A stretch of 63,997 nucleotides of DNA, counting the filler, from Dimargaris cristalligena (Eukaryota): NCBI GenBank assembly GCA_003614675.1. It is 12 parts of 12 records of this genome, joined end to end, with 100 filler letters (N's around TTAATTAATTAA, not from the genome) between each part and the next. Parts side by side here need not be neighbours in the genome. Positions count along the whole stretch, not along the records: positions 10,851 to 16,174 come from ML003650.1; positions 16,275 to 21,596 come from ML003651.1; positions 21,697 to 27,003 come from ML003652.1; 9 more parts are not named here. One strand, written 5' to 3'. This document shows, piece after piece, positions 11,421 to 23,642 of this stretch (position 1 is the stretch's first letter; each line of letters opens with the position of its first letter). The position numbers and the translations under genes are program-made. The notes beneath the pieces were generated by a model. It saw only the letters and a program-made list of their open reading frames with translations. It had not been told where the DNA came from and did no database searches.

Positions 11421-12422
11421 TTGCACTCTGGGTATCCCCGTCAGTAGGCGGCTAAGGCCAATTCTATTGGTGCTTATCACCATGGGTATACGTGTGTGCC
11501 TACAATGTATCCCTGTGTTTATTTTCATTTATATATTACATAGTCGCGGACGCTAATGGCCATTTGGTCCACCATTTTCCCCAATCGATTAGGGGGACTT
11601 TTTGATTTGACCATTTTTGTATAAACATTTTAATCGAACTAAATCGACCAGGTGTATCCGGGGGATTGATTAGCCCAACAAGTTGAGCGGCCTTGCGACA
11701 GGGCGCCCGTTAGCTTTATAATAGAGGGGGAGAAGAAATCGGACAGCTTATTGGCTGCCAATACAGCGGTTCAGCGAGACTGTCGTTGCTCTGGTTATAG
11801 GCTATTATTCGGGTCCATGAAAGGTATTGATAATAGCGTGGTCCTATATCAAGTTAAAGGGCGTGATAAAGGGCCAGCGGGGCTAGTAAGTATGGGGCGG
11901 GGCACTATGTGAAACTGGGCCATTTGGCCCAAGCAGCGCTGTCTGGTTACGCCGGTCAATAAAGTCTTGCTCTATCCCTACCACACCTATTTCGAAAGCG
12001 GGTCTGGCCTATCGGGTTAAATTGTATTGCCTACTCTACCCCAGCACTCCGTCGGTTAGTGTTACTCTACCGAAGAACGTTATTTAATCCTATGTATAGG
12101 TAATTAGACCCTAATTAATATTATGCCACCAGTGTCTGCCCACGAGGCGATAGTTTCCCGCTCTTTATAACCATCTGATTAACTCCCCCGGTCCAAGGCC
12201 CTTGGGAGGCTCGGGTACTGACGTATCCAAGCACTATTTCGTGTAATTTACTATTGGTTGACTTGACTTGTCTTTGAGGATTACTCAATCTACGCACAGG
12301 AAAACTACTATTATTAAATACACGGTTCATGGTTACACGAGTTTAAAGGCGAGAGCAGGGAGTTGGTAGAAAAGGGAGGTGGTGGTGACCATTGGAGTAG
12401 TAACGCACCGGTTGGTCTGTAC

Positions 12423-14200
12423 TCAAAGGGCGATCAGGGTTGTTGAAGAAGCGACGGCTTGGTCGTGCGCACTATCGGTTGAATCGGTTACTTTTTCGAG
12501 ATATCCCACCGGTTTCAGTCGGTTAGTGTATGACTGTTCCATCTCCGCTTGAATTCGAGTCAGCTGTATTGGTAGTGCCCGTTGGAGGTTATATACATAC
12601 ATTGGCCGAGAGTGGGGAGTTAGTGCCGGAGTATAACGATAAGGCGGACCTAACGGGGCAGTCGCATCGGTAATAATCGGCAATGGTCTATAATCTGTAG
12701 TGGGCAGCTTACCTCATTCAGAGACGTGGCTCGATCAACTTGGCCACCAAAATCATTCGTCTGGCTAGACAAGGTCTGGAAATCCCGGAGGGCTTCTTTC
12801 CGGAGAGTTTCAATACGTTCAACTTCGGTTTCGAGGGATTCCTGGATCCGTGATAATCGTAGGGGAATGAATTTGAAAGAAGGGTGGATGGGGAATATAA
12901 ATGGGGAGTCGGTCAAGGAGGGACTACGAGGGTGTGGTAATTATCAACTAGGGATGGTGTATGGGCTTATGACGCCACATCGGCCAGTATATTACCTTTT
13001 CGGCAGTTACGGTTTTGGGGTCGCGGAGGGACCAGGAGTTGGGTGGAATCTCGATTTTATCTGGTAGCATTCATAATTATTGCATATTCACCGGAAAAGT
13101 CATGTTAGTAGGTATATCTCGTTGGTTTCCATTTAGGCCGGGCGTGGGCTAGTCCTGCCAAAAGATATTAGTAGTAAATGGATCCAAAGTAGTCTTACCG
13201 ACTGGCACCACGGAGAAGATGTCGGCCATGTACTCGTGGTTTCGCACGTAGCGGGCAATGGCCAACTCAATGGGCTTGATTGTATCAAACTCGTCTACAA
13301 ACGGGGGTGCGGGGGTTGAAGGAAATAGCAAAATGCATCATTTAACGAGGTTAGTATGACCAAGCAGGGCATTCGTGCCGTATCTGAGTCGAGTGTTGTT
13401 GCGTGATCAAATGATTTAACTAGCTCGGAATTTTACTAATCTGATATTGCAGGAATCTTACCGCCTGGGAGTTGTTCCATTTCGTCGGGGTTATGGCTGG
13501 AGGGGTGGACATGGGCCTTGCTCTAAGGTGGATTCCGAAAGATAAAGGGTGTTGGGTGAGTATGATAACTAATGCTGGTTGGTTACAAGTAGGCGCTAAG
13601 AGGTCTTCAAGACCCACCCGCAGTTTATGGATTAGGGTGGGCTAAGAATCAATCGGAATGGTGGCGAATGCTAGAAATTACCTTGGCGGGCTTCTTTTTG
13701 GAGGGTCCCGGTATCCGGGAGCTGGGGGCGGCGGCGGCCTGGGCCGGGGACAGAACGGAGGCGCTGATTGAAGTAATGCCAGCGGGGGACCCCATTTGGT
13801 CGGATCCAGGGTAGATGCCCGGGTGGGGTAGTCCTCCCATTTTATTGGTCTGGGGGCTCATGGTACCAGGCATGCCGGGGGCCATCAGATTAGGGCGGCC
13901 GCCGACGCTCGGGGAAGCGGAAGTTGCCGAGATGGGCATTGCGGGACTGGCCATGGTGCTACCCATGGGAGCAGGACTCATTCCATTACCCTGGGGCATG
14001 CGTTGCATTTGTTGTTGCATCTGATTCATAAGCCGGGCATTGATACCCCCGGTCATGATGCCACTAGTATGGTTGGGCACGGTAGTCATGGGCCGCGTTT
14101 GGCCGTTGATGGCCCGGTAAGCTGCCATGTTCTCGGTGGTCGTGCGGTTGCCGCCTGGATTGGCGGATGGAGTGGGTGCGTTACTATTGTTGTTGTTCAT
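12423..14200 (-). CDS. Ssr4-like (SWI/SNF-RSC subunit, C-terminal domain) protein; 6 exons: 14200-13682, 13522-13462, 13294-13199, 13060-12996, 12841-12713, 12563-12423
   Basis: GT..AG junctions keep the frame open. An M/P/Q/N-rich low-complexity region precedes PGDEFDTIKPIELAIARYVRNHEYMADIFS, which resembles the Ssr4 GDxxD...RYxxxHxxMxxIF motif, then a coiled coil. The gene model is firm; the family call is from memory. Confidence 0.6.
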
Positions 14201-15176
14201 TGGAAATGGTGTCGGGTGGGGCTTAAATGGCGGTGGGTTGGAATTCTTCAGGGTTGGGGGGATTCGGGAGAACGTACAAGAGTCTGGATTCAATGACTAG
14301 CCGAATGTTTCCAGCTAGGAGGAGGCAGATAAGCACGGGTAGCGAAAATGTACGCCAATTTAGCGAAGAAAGCAGGAAAGTAGAGAATGCACTAGTGCGC
14401 TGCATACACATCAGACGCGTTCATTTGTACCAATGTGGGAGCCTGGTCAAGTAGGATGGCCTTAGCTGATGGGGGAAAATGGTATCGCCTTTTTTTAGAG
14501 GGACCAGCCCCACTTTTACGGGGCCCTAAGCGAAGTGGGAAAAAAGGGGCCTAGATGTTATGATCCCCAACGTCAACGCTTTTTCAGGAATAAAAAGAAG
14601 AGTGGTGGGTGCCCCCCAGTCCCCCTAAGAATAGACAATAGGGCAAATTGCCCCTTGATATTACCCCAGCCGTACCCCAACGTCTTTGGCCAGGGCCCAC
14701 GATAAAGGAGCCGGCGGTACCTGCACAAATGGTAGGGACAGAGAGTGGTCCACCATTGGTAAACACACCCACAGCACCCTTTTCACGGGGAGTGCTGTAA
14801 TGGCAAATGCCCCGAAGAAAACCCAAGGTGCGGGGGCATCATTATGGTGCTCCACCTCCTTTGGACTGCCAACTGGTCTAGAGATAATTTCTACCAAGTA
14901 GTTACCGTTCTGAATCCCAGGCTGGCCTATCCTGAATTTAATCGCGATTATTACTATTTAGACTGAAGCCCCGGCAGAAGATTAATTTAACCACCGATTT
15001 TTCGCCGTGTTTATTTAATGGGTTAGTTAAGCAGTGTTTCGGTTATATAACAATCTATAAATGATTACGGCCAAGGTAGTGAGGGGCTGGATATCCTTGA
15101 GGCCCTGTTCCCATCCACGGCCACTACACTGAAGGTAAAGTGTATTATTGGGGGGCACAATGAATAATCAAACGGA

Positions 15177-16174
15177 CTAGGCCTTTTGCTGAAGCAAAGT
15201 CTCCACCCGCTGCAGGAACTGGTCGGCGTGGCGACGCTGGAATACCAGCATGGGGCGCATCCGGACCGACTGGAGGCCACAACCCCCCATGTTAACCCCC
15301 AGTTGGCGCATTTCACCCAGGAAGGTATCCCGCATGGCGGGGGAGGCCAAGTCAAACGCCACAAAGGTCCCCTTGCCGCGCAAATTGTGCAGGTGGCCGG
15401 GGTAACGGGCGATTAAGGTGCGCAGGCCATTCTGTACGTAGGCGCCTGTGTCCTGCACCAGCTCTAGCAGGCCGTCTTGGCGAATGGTCTCGGCGATGGC
15501 TTTGGCGTGATAGGCCCGGACGGGGTCACCCAGCCAGGTATTGAAGTTGCGGTAGGGTGCGTCAGGGCGGAGTTTGGCGGTGTGGTAGAACCCCGCGGCC
15601 TGGAATTTCTTGCTAAATGTAACGACATCGGGGGCGTCGTCGGGACCCAGCCCCCACTGTTCGTGAGCCCAGAAGGTGCCCGTGGCTCCCACCCCGGTTT
15701 GGACTTCGTCAACGATGAGCAGTACATTAAGCCGGTGGGTCAGGGCCCGTAGTTGGCGGAAGAAGTTGGCGCTCGCATGGTTATCGCCGCCTTCGCTCTG
15801 GATGGGTTCGACGATGACCGCGGCCACGGGAATGGGAGAGTCGGTGATGATCTTTTCGGTTTCCCGTAGGCAGCGCGCCTCTTCCTCGGCGTTTTCCGCC
15901 TCGTGCTCTTCCAGGGGGTACTGGAGGCGGGGGAAGGTGGCTTCCGGCCACGGGAAGGCCGGGATAGCCAACTTGTGGATGGCTTTGGAGCGGGTGGTAG
16001 ACAGCGAGCCAAACATGCGTCCGTGGAAGGCCTTGCGGAAGCTGAGGATGGCCAGCTGGGGACTGCCGGGGGGCGCATTTTCCATGGCGGTGGCTTCCTC
16101 GAGGCTACCGGCTAGTTTGAAGCCCGGCCCTCGCTTTTGGGCCTGGTGGTACATAAAGGCCGCCTTGAAGGCCA
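15177..16174 (-). CDS. UGA1: 4-aminobutyrate (GABA) aminotransferase, 5' truncated by contig end
   Basis: AFHGRMFGSLSTTRSKAIHKL, IVEPIQSEGGDNHAS, IVDEVQTGVGATG, VTFSKK (PLP lysine), FNTWLGDP. Confidence 0.96.
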
Positions 16175-16274
16175 NNNNNNNNNNNNNNNNNNNNNNNNNN
16201 NNNNNNNNNNNNNNNNNNTTAATTAATTAANNNNNNNNNNNNNNNNNNNNNNNNNNNNNNNNNNNNNNNNNNNN

Positions 16275-16607
16275 GGACGCCGTGCTGGCAATGACCCGCA
16301 AGTACGACGTGGTGCCGGCCCAGCATACTTGGGTGAATTTGTTAAACATGTTACCGGAGACGGACGATTTGAGATTCACGGCACTGAGGACCTCCTCGTC
16401 GGACACTTTGAGAATGCAGCTTAGGTCGTTGCCCACAATGGCCAGAAAGTCCCGACGTTGGGTGGAGGCGGCAATGGCGACGATGTCCTTGCCAACGGGG
16501 TGTTCGACGGGGTACGCGAAGGGGAGAAACGGGCTTGGGAGCACCTGGGCCGGAGGGTGCAGCCCCGAGAGGCCCGTATGATAAGGTGCGGCGGGGTTGG
16601 GGGTCAT
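16275..16607 (-). CDS. N-terminus of a WD40 protein, probably WDR24/RTC1(SEA2)-like; 3' truncated
   Basis: IVAIAAS...LAIVG...ILKVSDEEV...NLK...FTQVCW...VIASTAS follows the first WD blades of Rtc1/WDR24. GC-rich coding bias, ACCATG start. Confidence 0.5.
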
Positions 16608-17655
16608 GGTAATCCGGTAGACCAGCTGAAACTGGAAGGGGAGAGAGTAGAGTGAGGCTCAATGAAGAACGAGTGGTTGAATAGCGAGAGAGTTAAGGGA
16701 GGGTGGGGGGTTTAAAAGAAGTCGGAATTCAGGAGCAGTAGGGTAAGGAGGACGACACCAATGTCGAGAAAGACCCGTTCCATAAGAAATGGATTCCCTT
16801 GCTAGAGAAGGGGAAAAGGGGGCATGGAATGGGAAAAGAGACAGAAGGAGGGGAATAGTCTAGACTAGCCCCTCACCATACAGGAGGCATGGTCGTAAAT
16901 ACCAAACGGGAGTAAGTCCCATACCATTCTGGGTATTTGGTCTGTATGCGCACATATGTACTGTGTGAGATATACTTGTCCACCAGGATTTCCAGTAATA
17001 ACAGGCTCGGTTCACACTTATCAGCAGGGTTTGGTAAATAAAAGATCCCTTGATAAATAATTATAATTATATGTTTAGATTCTCCTTTAGCAATGCCTTT
17101 ACTAGGCAATGGTGTTTAATCATTGGAATTTTATAAAAACGTCATAATACCAATAAGAAAAAACACGGGTGTCTAACTCCCGGTGTTTTGTAGCCCAGCG
17201 ACGGATTTTCAAACATACCGGTTTTTATATCCAATGCTGATGAAGGTCGGTTGGTGATACAAACCACAACTGGACTTATCACTAAAATATTTCGAAGAGT
17301 TCCATCACGCACCGCTGGGTTCATATCTTTAGTTATTTTCAAATATCAAGAGCACGCTTCTATTGTTAGTAATATATGCTCCCTTACTATAAAGGGAAAC
17401 ATGCCATGAGCCTGAATGATCATTTCGGACCTGGGTCCACACAAATGCCAAATACAGTTCAATTTATTGATTGTAATAACAGTTAAATCAGTGTGCATAG
17501 GATGCAATCCACCAAGGTGAGTTACCACACCCTTGTAAGGCCAGAGGGAGGCCCTCACTGAAGCCAGCACGCATGCGAACCCAGTCAACAGCCTGGAATA
17601 TCCCCCTTCACCTTGGTAATCGTTTCTTTTTCTGGAACACGTGTCACTGTCATAT

Positions 17656-19950
17656 CTATGCCAAGTACCGGTAAAGATTAGCATCCTCCGAGTCCCGTTC
17701 CATATAATCCCTGTCAATTAAAATATCGATACGTTTCTTCAGGTCCGCCGCCGATATCGGGAACTGCAGACTTTGGAATAAATCGTTCATCAATTGGGTA
17801 TGGGTCCGATTCTTGTGGGCCTTCATGAGTCGAACAATAGCGGCGTCTACTTGATGTTGGCGATCCTGAACCACCTTTTCAGTGGTCGTCTCGGTTTCCT
17901 GGGTGGTTTCTTTGAACTGGATGGCGTTGATCTTGAGCCGGTAGAGCGGGGCCGTGAAGCCGTCATTAAAGGAGAAGCGATCGGACGCCGGAATAACCAC
18001 TTCGCGGTCGGCGGGGTTCTTGGTCAGGATCCGGTAACGACCACCACTCAGCGACTGAAGGGTCCGGATAAGTTCATCATTGTCCTGGATACCCGTTTCA
18101 TGCTGGATCTGGGCGTAACTTCGCTCCTGGCCGTCCTGGAATAGCAGGAGCACTAGGGCCTGGTAGCAAGTGAGGCTGAGCTCCTTTTTACCCGCCGTAA
18201 AAGGTACACGAAGCACACAGGTATCCAGCGAATTCTGCCAGGTGAGGTTCCGGCTACTGTGCTTCTTGAGGTAGTACTTTTGGAACTGTTTCTTGTAATC
18301 GGCCACCTCGGGGGGCAGGATTAGGCCGTCGCAGGGCGGGTACGTGGGCCAGTAGGATTGGGTCAGCACGGAAACGCTGAAGTGAGGGGACGCATCGGCC
18401 GATGAGGGATTCTCGTCGTAGCCGTGCGCCAATGGGCGTTTGCCCCGCTGCTTGCCCTGGAGTTCGCCACCCCGCGCCGGGCGGAAGTCCGCCATCAAAT
18501 CCCGGGAGATCTCCATATCCTTGAACATCCCTTCCAGTTTATGGGTGAACTCCGCCCCGCACTCTACTTTGAGCTTAGCCAACATGGATTTCTCGGCGTC
18601 AAAACTGGCGCTCTTATTGTAGAGTAAGCGACGACTGAGGTCCCGCTTATAAAAGGCCTCAAAGACATCCTTGCCCTGAAGGTACCGGAAGAGGGAGAGG
18701 ACATGGTTAAGGATCTGTTCCAGTTGGTCGTCGGACATGGTCTTGTTTCCCGACCGCAGGGTTGAGTCCAGAAATTTGGCAATCAGCTGGGCGGGCCGGT
18801 TGGGCCGAGCATTAATGAGGTGTTCGAAGCTGTTTCGCAGGGTTTCAACGTAATGGTCGTCGTTGGCGAAGCACTGAGTCAGGATCCGGTCCTGGGCTTG
18901 TTTCAACTGAATTAGATTTTCTACCATGGTGTCGTCGTGGTCAGTGGCACAAACAATGGCCCGACCGGTGGTTTCCACGTATTGGCCATAGGCAGTACGT
19001 AGGGGGTTTAGCTGCCACACCCGCTGGAGGAGAGTGTAAAAGCGGCGCAAATCGTCCAGTCGCTGGCCAGCTAATAGCGGGGGCAGGCCGTTGGCTATTA
19101 GGGTCTGGATCGGATCGATCAAAAGAGCCTCGTAGAGCACCTTCATTAAAGGCTTGGTGCTATCCCGGTGCAGGAAATGGAGGGCCAGCCGCTCCTCCTC
19201 GTGGAAACGGCGCTCGACGTGTTTCAGGTAGTTGGCAACGCGATCAGCCGCATCGGTTGAGCCGGATAGATTGGCCAAGTGCTGGGAACTTTCATGTGTG
19301 TAGTAGGTCCGGGTGTGTTCGAGAAAAGTGAACTCAAAACCCGTCGGGTATACGGCCAGGTCAATATACATGTGAATCAAGGAGTGCAAGACTAGGGAAT
19401 CGACGGGACTCTGGCCGTCGCGGTAGGCGGCTAAAGCGACCATAAGTTTCTGCAGGATGGCATTACGAAGGGCCGTATGGTCGAGCCATTGCTGGCGGAA
19501 TAGGTCCAGGGCCAGGTCCCATACACTAAGTAGAGAGGGGTGCTGCAGAACGTAGGTGCGGTCGAGGAACAGAAAGATACTCCGGATCAGACGCACCTGG
19601 GTGGTGAAGGAATGCCAGGCGGTGTGCAAGCGCATCAGTCCGGGGCCGGGGTCGGCAGTGGTAGGGGCGGAGGGGACAATAATGTCGCGCTGAAGGGCCT
19701 GGAACACCTGGGCAACCTGGTTGGTGAGTTCGGCCTTTAGGCAGTCGTAGAGGGCTTCGGCATGGTAATGGAGGCACAGGTTCTCACAGGCACGGTAGAG
19801 CTCCTCCAGGCTATCGTCGGGGTGGTTCTTTAGGTGGATGGCCTGGACCGCCGACATGAGGCGGTTGCGAGTGGTCTGCTCATACTGAGCGGGTAGGGCG
19901 GGGGGCTGACGGAACCCGTCAAAAGTCAGGCAGATGGGGGCGGCAACCAT
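17656..19950 (-). CDS. CUL4: Cullin-4 (intronless, 764 aa)
   Basis: SLEELYRACENLC, IRSIFLFLDRTYVLQ, GKDVFEAFYKRDL, KSASFDAEKSMLAKLKVECG, KLEGMFKDM and the neddylation motif DAAIVRLMK. Confidence 0.95.
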   Translation of the reverse strand: MVAAPICLTFDGFRQPPALPAQYEQTTRNRLMSAVQAIHLKNHPDDSLEELYRACENLCLHYHAEALYDCLKAELTNQVAQVFQALQRDIIVPSAPTTADPGPGLMRLHTAWHSFTTQVRLIRSIFLFLDRTYVLQHPSLLSVWDLALDLFRQQWLDHTALRNAILQKLMVALAAYRDGQSPVDSLVLHSLIHMYIDLAVYPTGFEFTFLEHTRTYYTHESSQHLANLSGSTDAADRVANYLKHVERRFHEEERLALHFLHRDSTKPLMKVLYEALLIDPIQTLIANGLPPLLAGQRLDDLRRFYTLLQRVWQLNPLRTAYGQYVETTGRAIVCATDHDDTMVENLIQLKQAQDRILTQCFANDDHYVETLRNSFEHLINARPNRPAQLIAKFLDSTLRSGNKTMSDDQLEQILNHVLSLFRYLQGKDVFEAFYKRDLSRRLLYNKSASFDAEKSMLAKLKVECGAEFTHKLEGMFKDMEISRDLMADFRPARGGELQGKQRGKRPLAHGYDENPSSADASPHFSVSVLTQSYWPTYPPCDGLILPPEVADYKKQFQKYYLKKHSSRNLTWQNSLDTCVLRVPFTAGKKELSLTCYQALVLLLFQDGQERSYAQIQHETGIQDNDELIRTLQSLSGGRYRILTKNPADREVVIPASDRFSFNDGFTAPLYRLKINAIQFKETTQETETTTEKVVQDRQHQVDAAIVRLMKAHKNRTHTQLMNDLFQSLQFPISAADLKKRIDILIDRDYMERDSEDANLYRYLA

Positions 19951-20448
19951 GGGCGTAATTAAAATAGGGAAAGTGGATTCACGGACCTCTCAAAAGGGCA
20001 GAGAGACAAAGGGCGAATGCCGCGTATAAAAGTGGATAGAGGTATAATAGAGTAATCAATGACGATGCGAATTCAAGTTGAATAGAGGGGGAGAGGGGAA
20101 GTCCCATAAGCATACAAAACAACCCATACACCGGCCCTGTGGTTAGGCTAATTAATGGGCGGTGGTTATCCCGTAGGCCTGTGGAGCAGTCTATAGGGAT
20201 AATATGGTCCCCAATAGCAACTGCGCCGCAGGAAATATAGGCTGTTTAGCCTTCACACACCCACAAGCATACATGCTTAAAAGGGGAAGGTCTCTCGGAC
20301 TCCGCTACCTTGGACGACCTTATCCTCTCCTGCACTTGTGGGGCCCTTCCTTTCCCTTCGCATTGCTTTCTTTCATCTCTACTTCACCTCATTGCCATTT
20401 CTACTTAACCCTTTCTCTTTTACCCGCCTTTTGTCTTGTATATTGACC

Positions 20449-21596
20449 ATGGTCTACTCCGCCGACTCGAGTATTTTGGCCCACTTGACCAAGGTAGGTC
20501 TACTTCAGCTCTTTTAATAAATGCTGCCTATTTCTCCCCTGTAGACTAGCCCGAGTAACAATAACTGTCGTCCCCAAACCCTGACCGGGCAAGACCTTTA
20601 TACCAGTAACTAGCCCTCAACCTCGACACCTTACCATAAAATAATTATTAATCATCTATATCCCTAACTTGCCCTCGTCCCCTCCGCACTCATGGCTATT
20701 TATCTACCTATACTATTCCCTATGTAGGTCTCGTCCACAGACACCGACTACCGGTACATGGCTGTCAACGATCTAGCCCAAGACATTAAAAACCGCCCAG
20801 TGTGTACCGCGTCCTTCGACACTGCCCCCAAAGTTATCCAAGCCATCCGCACTTTACTAAACGACTCCAACGGCGAGGTCCAGACCGTGACAATTCTTAA
20901 CCTGCCCATCTTGGCCCGTGTTCTTCCCCAGTCCGCCCAGACCGAACTGGCCCAGGTACTTAGCGCGAATTGGGATGAAGCTGAGTCGCCCACTGCAGAC
21001 CACAGCAGGCTGATCCAGGAAGGCTTAAACACCCCCTTCCGTGAGGTTCAGGGGTTTGCGCTTAAAACCTTCTTGACTGATTTGTTACCCGAGGCCCCGG
21101 CGGCCCGGAATATCATCCAGCAACTACTTCCCTTGACTATTCAGCGGCTTGCTAATTTAGTCAAGGTCTATCAGTCCGGTATCACCCCACAGAGCTCTGC
21201 TCCCCTGCGCACCGAGCATGTGGCCGAGGCCTTGGACTTACTGAGTCTCCAGTCCACCCGCTTTCGGCCGCATGTGCGTGAATTCCTCACCGAATCCCCT
21301 ACTTATGGCACCATATTCCGGAGCGGCCTCTGGACCCTGCTAACTTCTCCCCACCGGGTCCCGGCTCGTGGTCGTGCCCAATTTCTACTGGCCTCTCTAT
21401 TACCCCTCCTCACCGACGGAGACCGCCAACCGCTGCTTGATGACCTAAAATGCCTACTTGAATCGGCCACCGCCTCTGGGTCAAAATCGGCCTCCTTGCC
21501 CGCCACTGAGCATTACCTTGCCCTATTCCAGGTGCTCTGCCGCCACTGCCCCGCCCTCATGGCTATTTATCTACCTATACTATTCCCTATGTAGTA
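20449..21596 (+). CDS. CAND1: Cullin-associated NEDD8-dissociated protein 1 (CAND1/TIP120)-like, N-terminal part; exons 20449-20493 and 20728 to contig end
   Basis: Spliced MVYSADSSILAHLTK|VSSTDTDYRYMAVNDL and LLNDSNGEVQ match the CAND1 motifs SSDKDFRFMATNDL and LLEDKNGEVQ. Leu-rich HEAT-like helices follow. Confidence 0.8.
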
Positions 21597-21696
21597 NNNN
21601 NNNNNNNNNNNNNNNNNNNNNNNNNNNNNNNNNNNNNNNNTTAATTAATTAANNNNNNNNNNNNNNNNNNNNNNNNNNNNNNNNNNNNNNNNNNNN

Positions 21697-21751
21697 TCCC
21701 ATTCACATATTGTGTAAAATCTTATACAGTTGGGTTGAAGTTCACCCATAT
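21697..21751. mobile_element. Partial MITE copy (one TIR) at contig start
   Basis: TTATACAGTTGGGTTGAAGTTCACCCATAT matches the TIR of 5491-5634 and 58797-58940. Confidence 0.6.
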
Positions 21752-22393
21752 TTTAAAGTACCCTATACTGTACTACGTTTAAGGTATCCAATAAATCTGA
21801 TAAAGACGGACTGTACAATCGGCTTCCCAGCCTAATTATCTATAGCACGTAAATCCACCCCGCCTACCCATCATCCAGTACTGTGCATTTAAATTTCCTC
21901 AGCTATCGTCTCAATACTGGGCAACTACCAGCAATGCCCCCTTTCATATTCCTGCTAATCCTCGGATATAAAAAAAACAAACCTTGTTCACTCGTGTGGC
22001 TTCCAAAAGAACATTCTGCCGATTCCATTATTTAAAAAATGGTTTCGTAAAACCCTTTCCCATATCGGTGAGTGTAAATCTCTCACCTTCAGCCCGGCTG
22101 CTGCATTATATCCGTATTATTTTTGATAGTCCCTGTATGTAATACACAGAACTTATATATAAAGAACACCACCGTGGATTTTATCCGCTCCCATCCCCTC
22201 CCATATCATTGGCATTGAATAAATAAAATTGACAATGTCAAGAGTGGGGACAATCTCCGTTTTCTACAGAATCTAATCAATGCCACCGCTAAAGAGTCTT
22301 AATTTTGTTTTGCGGAACTATTTAATGTCCCACGATTATTGAAAAATAGTTTATCTATCCACCCCGGAACAGCACCATCAAGAAGTCTTGCGA

Positions 22394-23642
22394 TTATTGT
22401 AAAAACATATCCCTTAATTCAGGAGAAAGATGAGAGGTAAACATAAATATCTCAAACTTTTCGGCGCCTTTAAATTGCATATAGCTGTTCATTATGTTTT
22501 CGGAGTTTTGTTCCAGGAACTTGGTTGGGTCCCGGTGGGCAGTCTTGAACAAATATTCCATATCTCGGTTTTGGCTTAATTCGTGCAAGTCACTGAGTTT
22601 GGTGGGGTTGACGTGAAGGGTTAAGGCAATTGCTGTATTGGCAAAAGAATATAGGTTATAATACAGCTGTCCATTATAGCCATCATGCAGCTTGGAGACA
22701 AAAGTATCTAAGCCGATGAAGTCTTCATTTGCCGCAAAGGTAGCCATAATCAGGTTGATGACATTATTCCGGGTAGCTTGTTCTAGGGTCAGGATACGGG
22801 ATTTCTCCCCCGGTCCGTTAATCTGGTGAAACAGGATGCGCAGACGTGGCGGGATAATACTGAGCGTTTGGCGGCCAACCATGAGTTTGCTGTAGTTATC
22901 GTAGGTGAGGGTATAGTCGGGCCACGTACTAGTTACCAGCTGAGCCAGCTCAATGGGCTGCCTTTCGTGCACATAGCCCAGAACAGGGATTACAAATGCC
23001 ATGAATTCTGGACTAAGATTGTAGTATTCCAAAACAACGGACTCTCTGTAAAAGGTTTGCATATACTGAAAGGCTTCCAAGCGGGTCTTGAAGGAACCGG
23101 GAAGGATACCGGCGAGTTTAGGGGCCATAATCCACTCCGCAGACTCGCGCATCTTAAGTCTGTCTCGAATAATGCGAACTAGGCTTGATACGGCGATGTT
23201 AGATATGGCATCGAAGAAACTGACGGCGTTTTTGTTCTTGGTGAGTCGAATCCTGTTCCAAATTATCTGCAAGGTAGTAGTGGGGGGTGTATTTGTTGGG
23301 AGGGTAGCAAGATGATAAAGGATTGCGGATCATTTGTGCATCAGTAATCGTTGCCGAGTATTACCATTAGTCAACCAAGTAATGGTGGGATTGTGGGTCT
23401 TTCGTGGCAGGTAAACGACCATCAGTACCGATATATATGAGACGAAATTAAGTCGTACTTACTGAGGGAACGCGTGAAATATGCTTGGCGGGTATTGAAA
23501 ACCCATCACTAATAAGACTTCGTAGAGAGTTTTGGCGGCTAAGATCGCTTTTCGGTGACCGGATTTTGTAACTTGGACCCACAGCAACCGATACACCAGC
23601 GAACAGTATAACCACCGCCAGCGAAACAATTTTGCAGCGCAT
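22394..23642 (-). CDS. Orphan secreted helical protein (about 350 aa); exons 23642-23463 and 23266-22394
   Basis: Signal peptide MRCKIVSLAVVILFAGVSVA. A phase-0 GTAAGT donor and TTGCAG acceptor join it in frame to the 292-aa ORF. No family recognised. Confidence 0.75.

Noticed and set aside
15177..16607. 16275-16607 as the missing N-terminus of the GABA transaminase
   Set aside because: It is on a different contig and the peptide looks like WD40 blades, not an aminotransferase.
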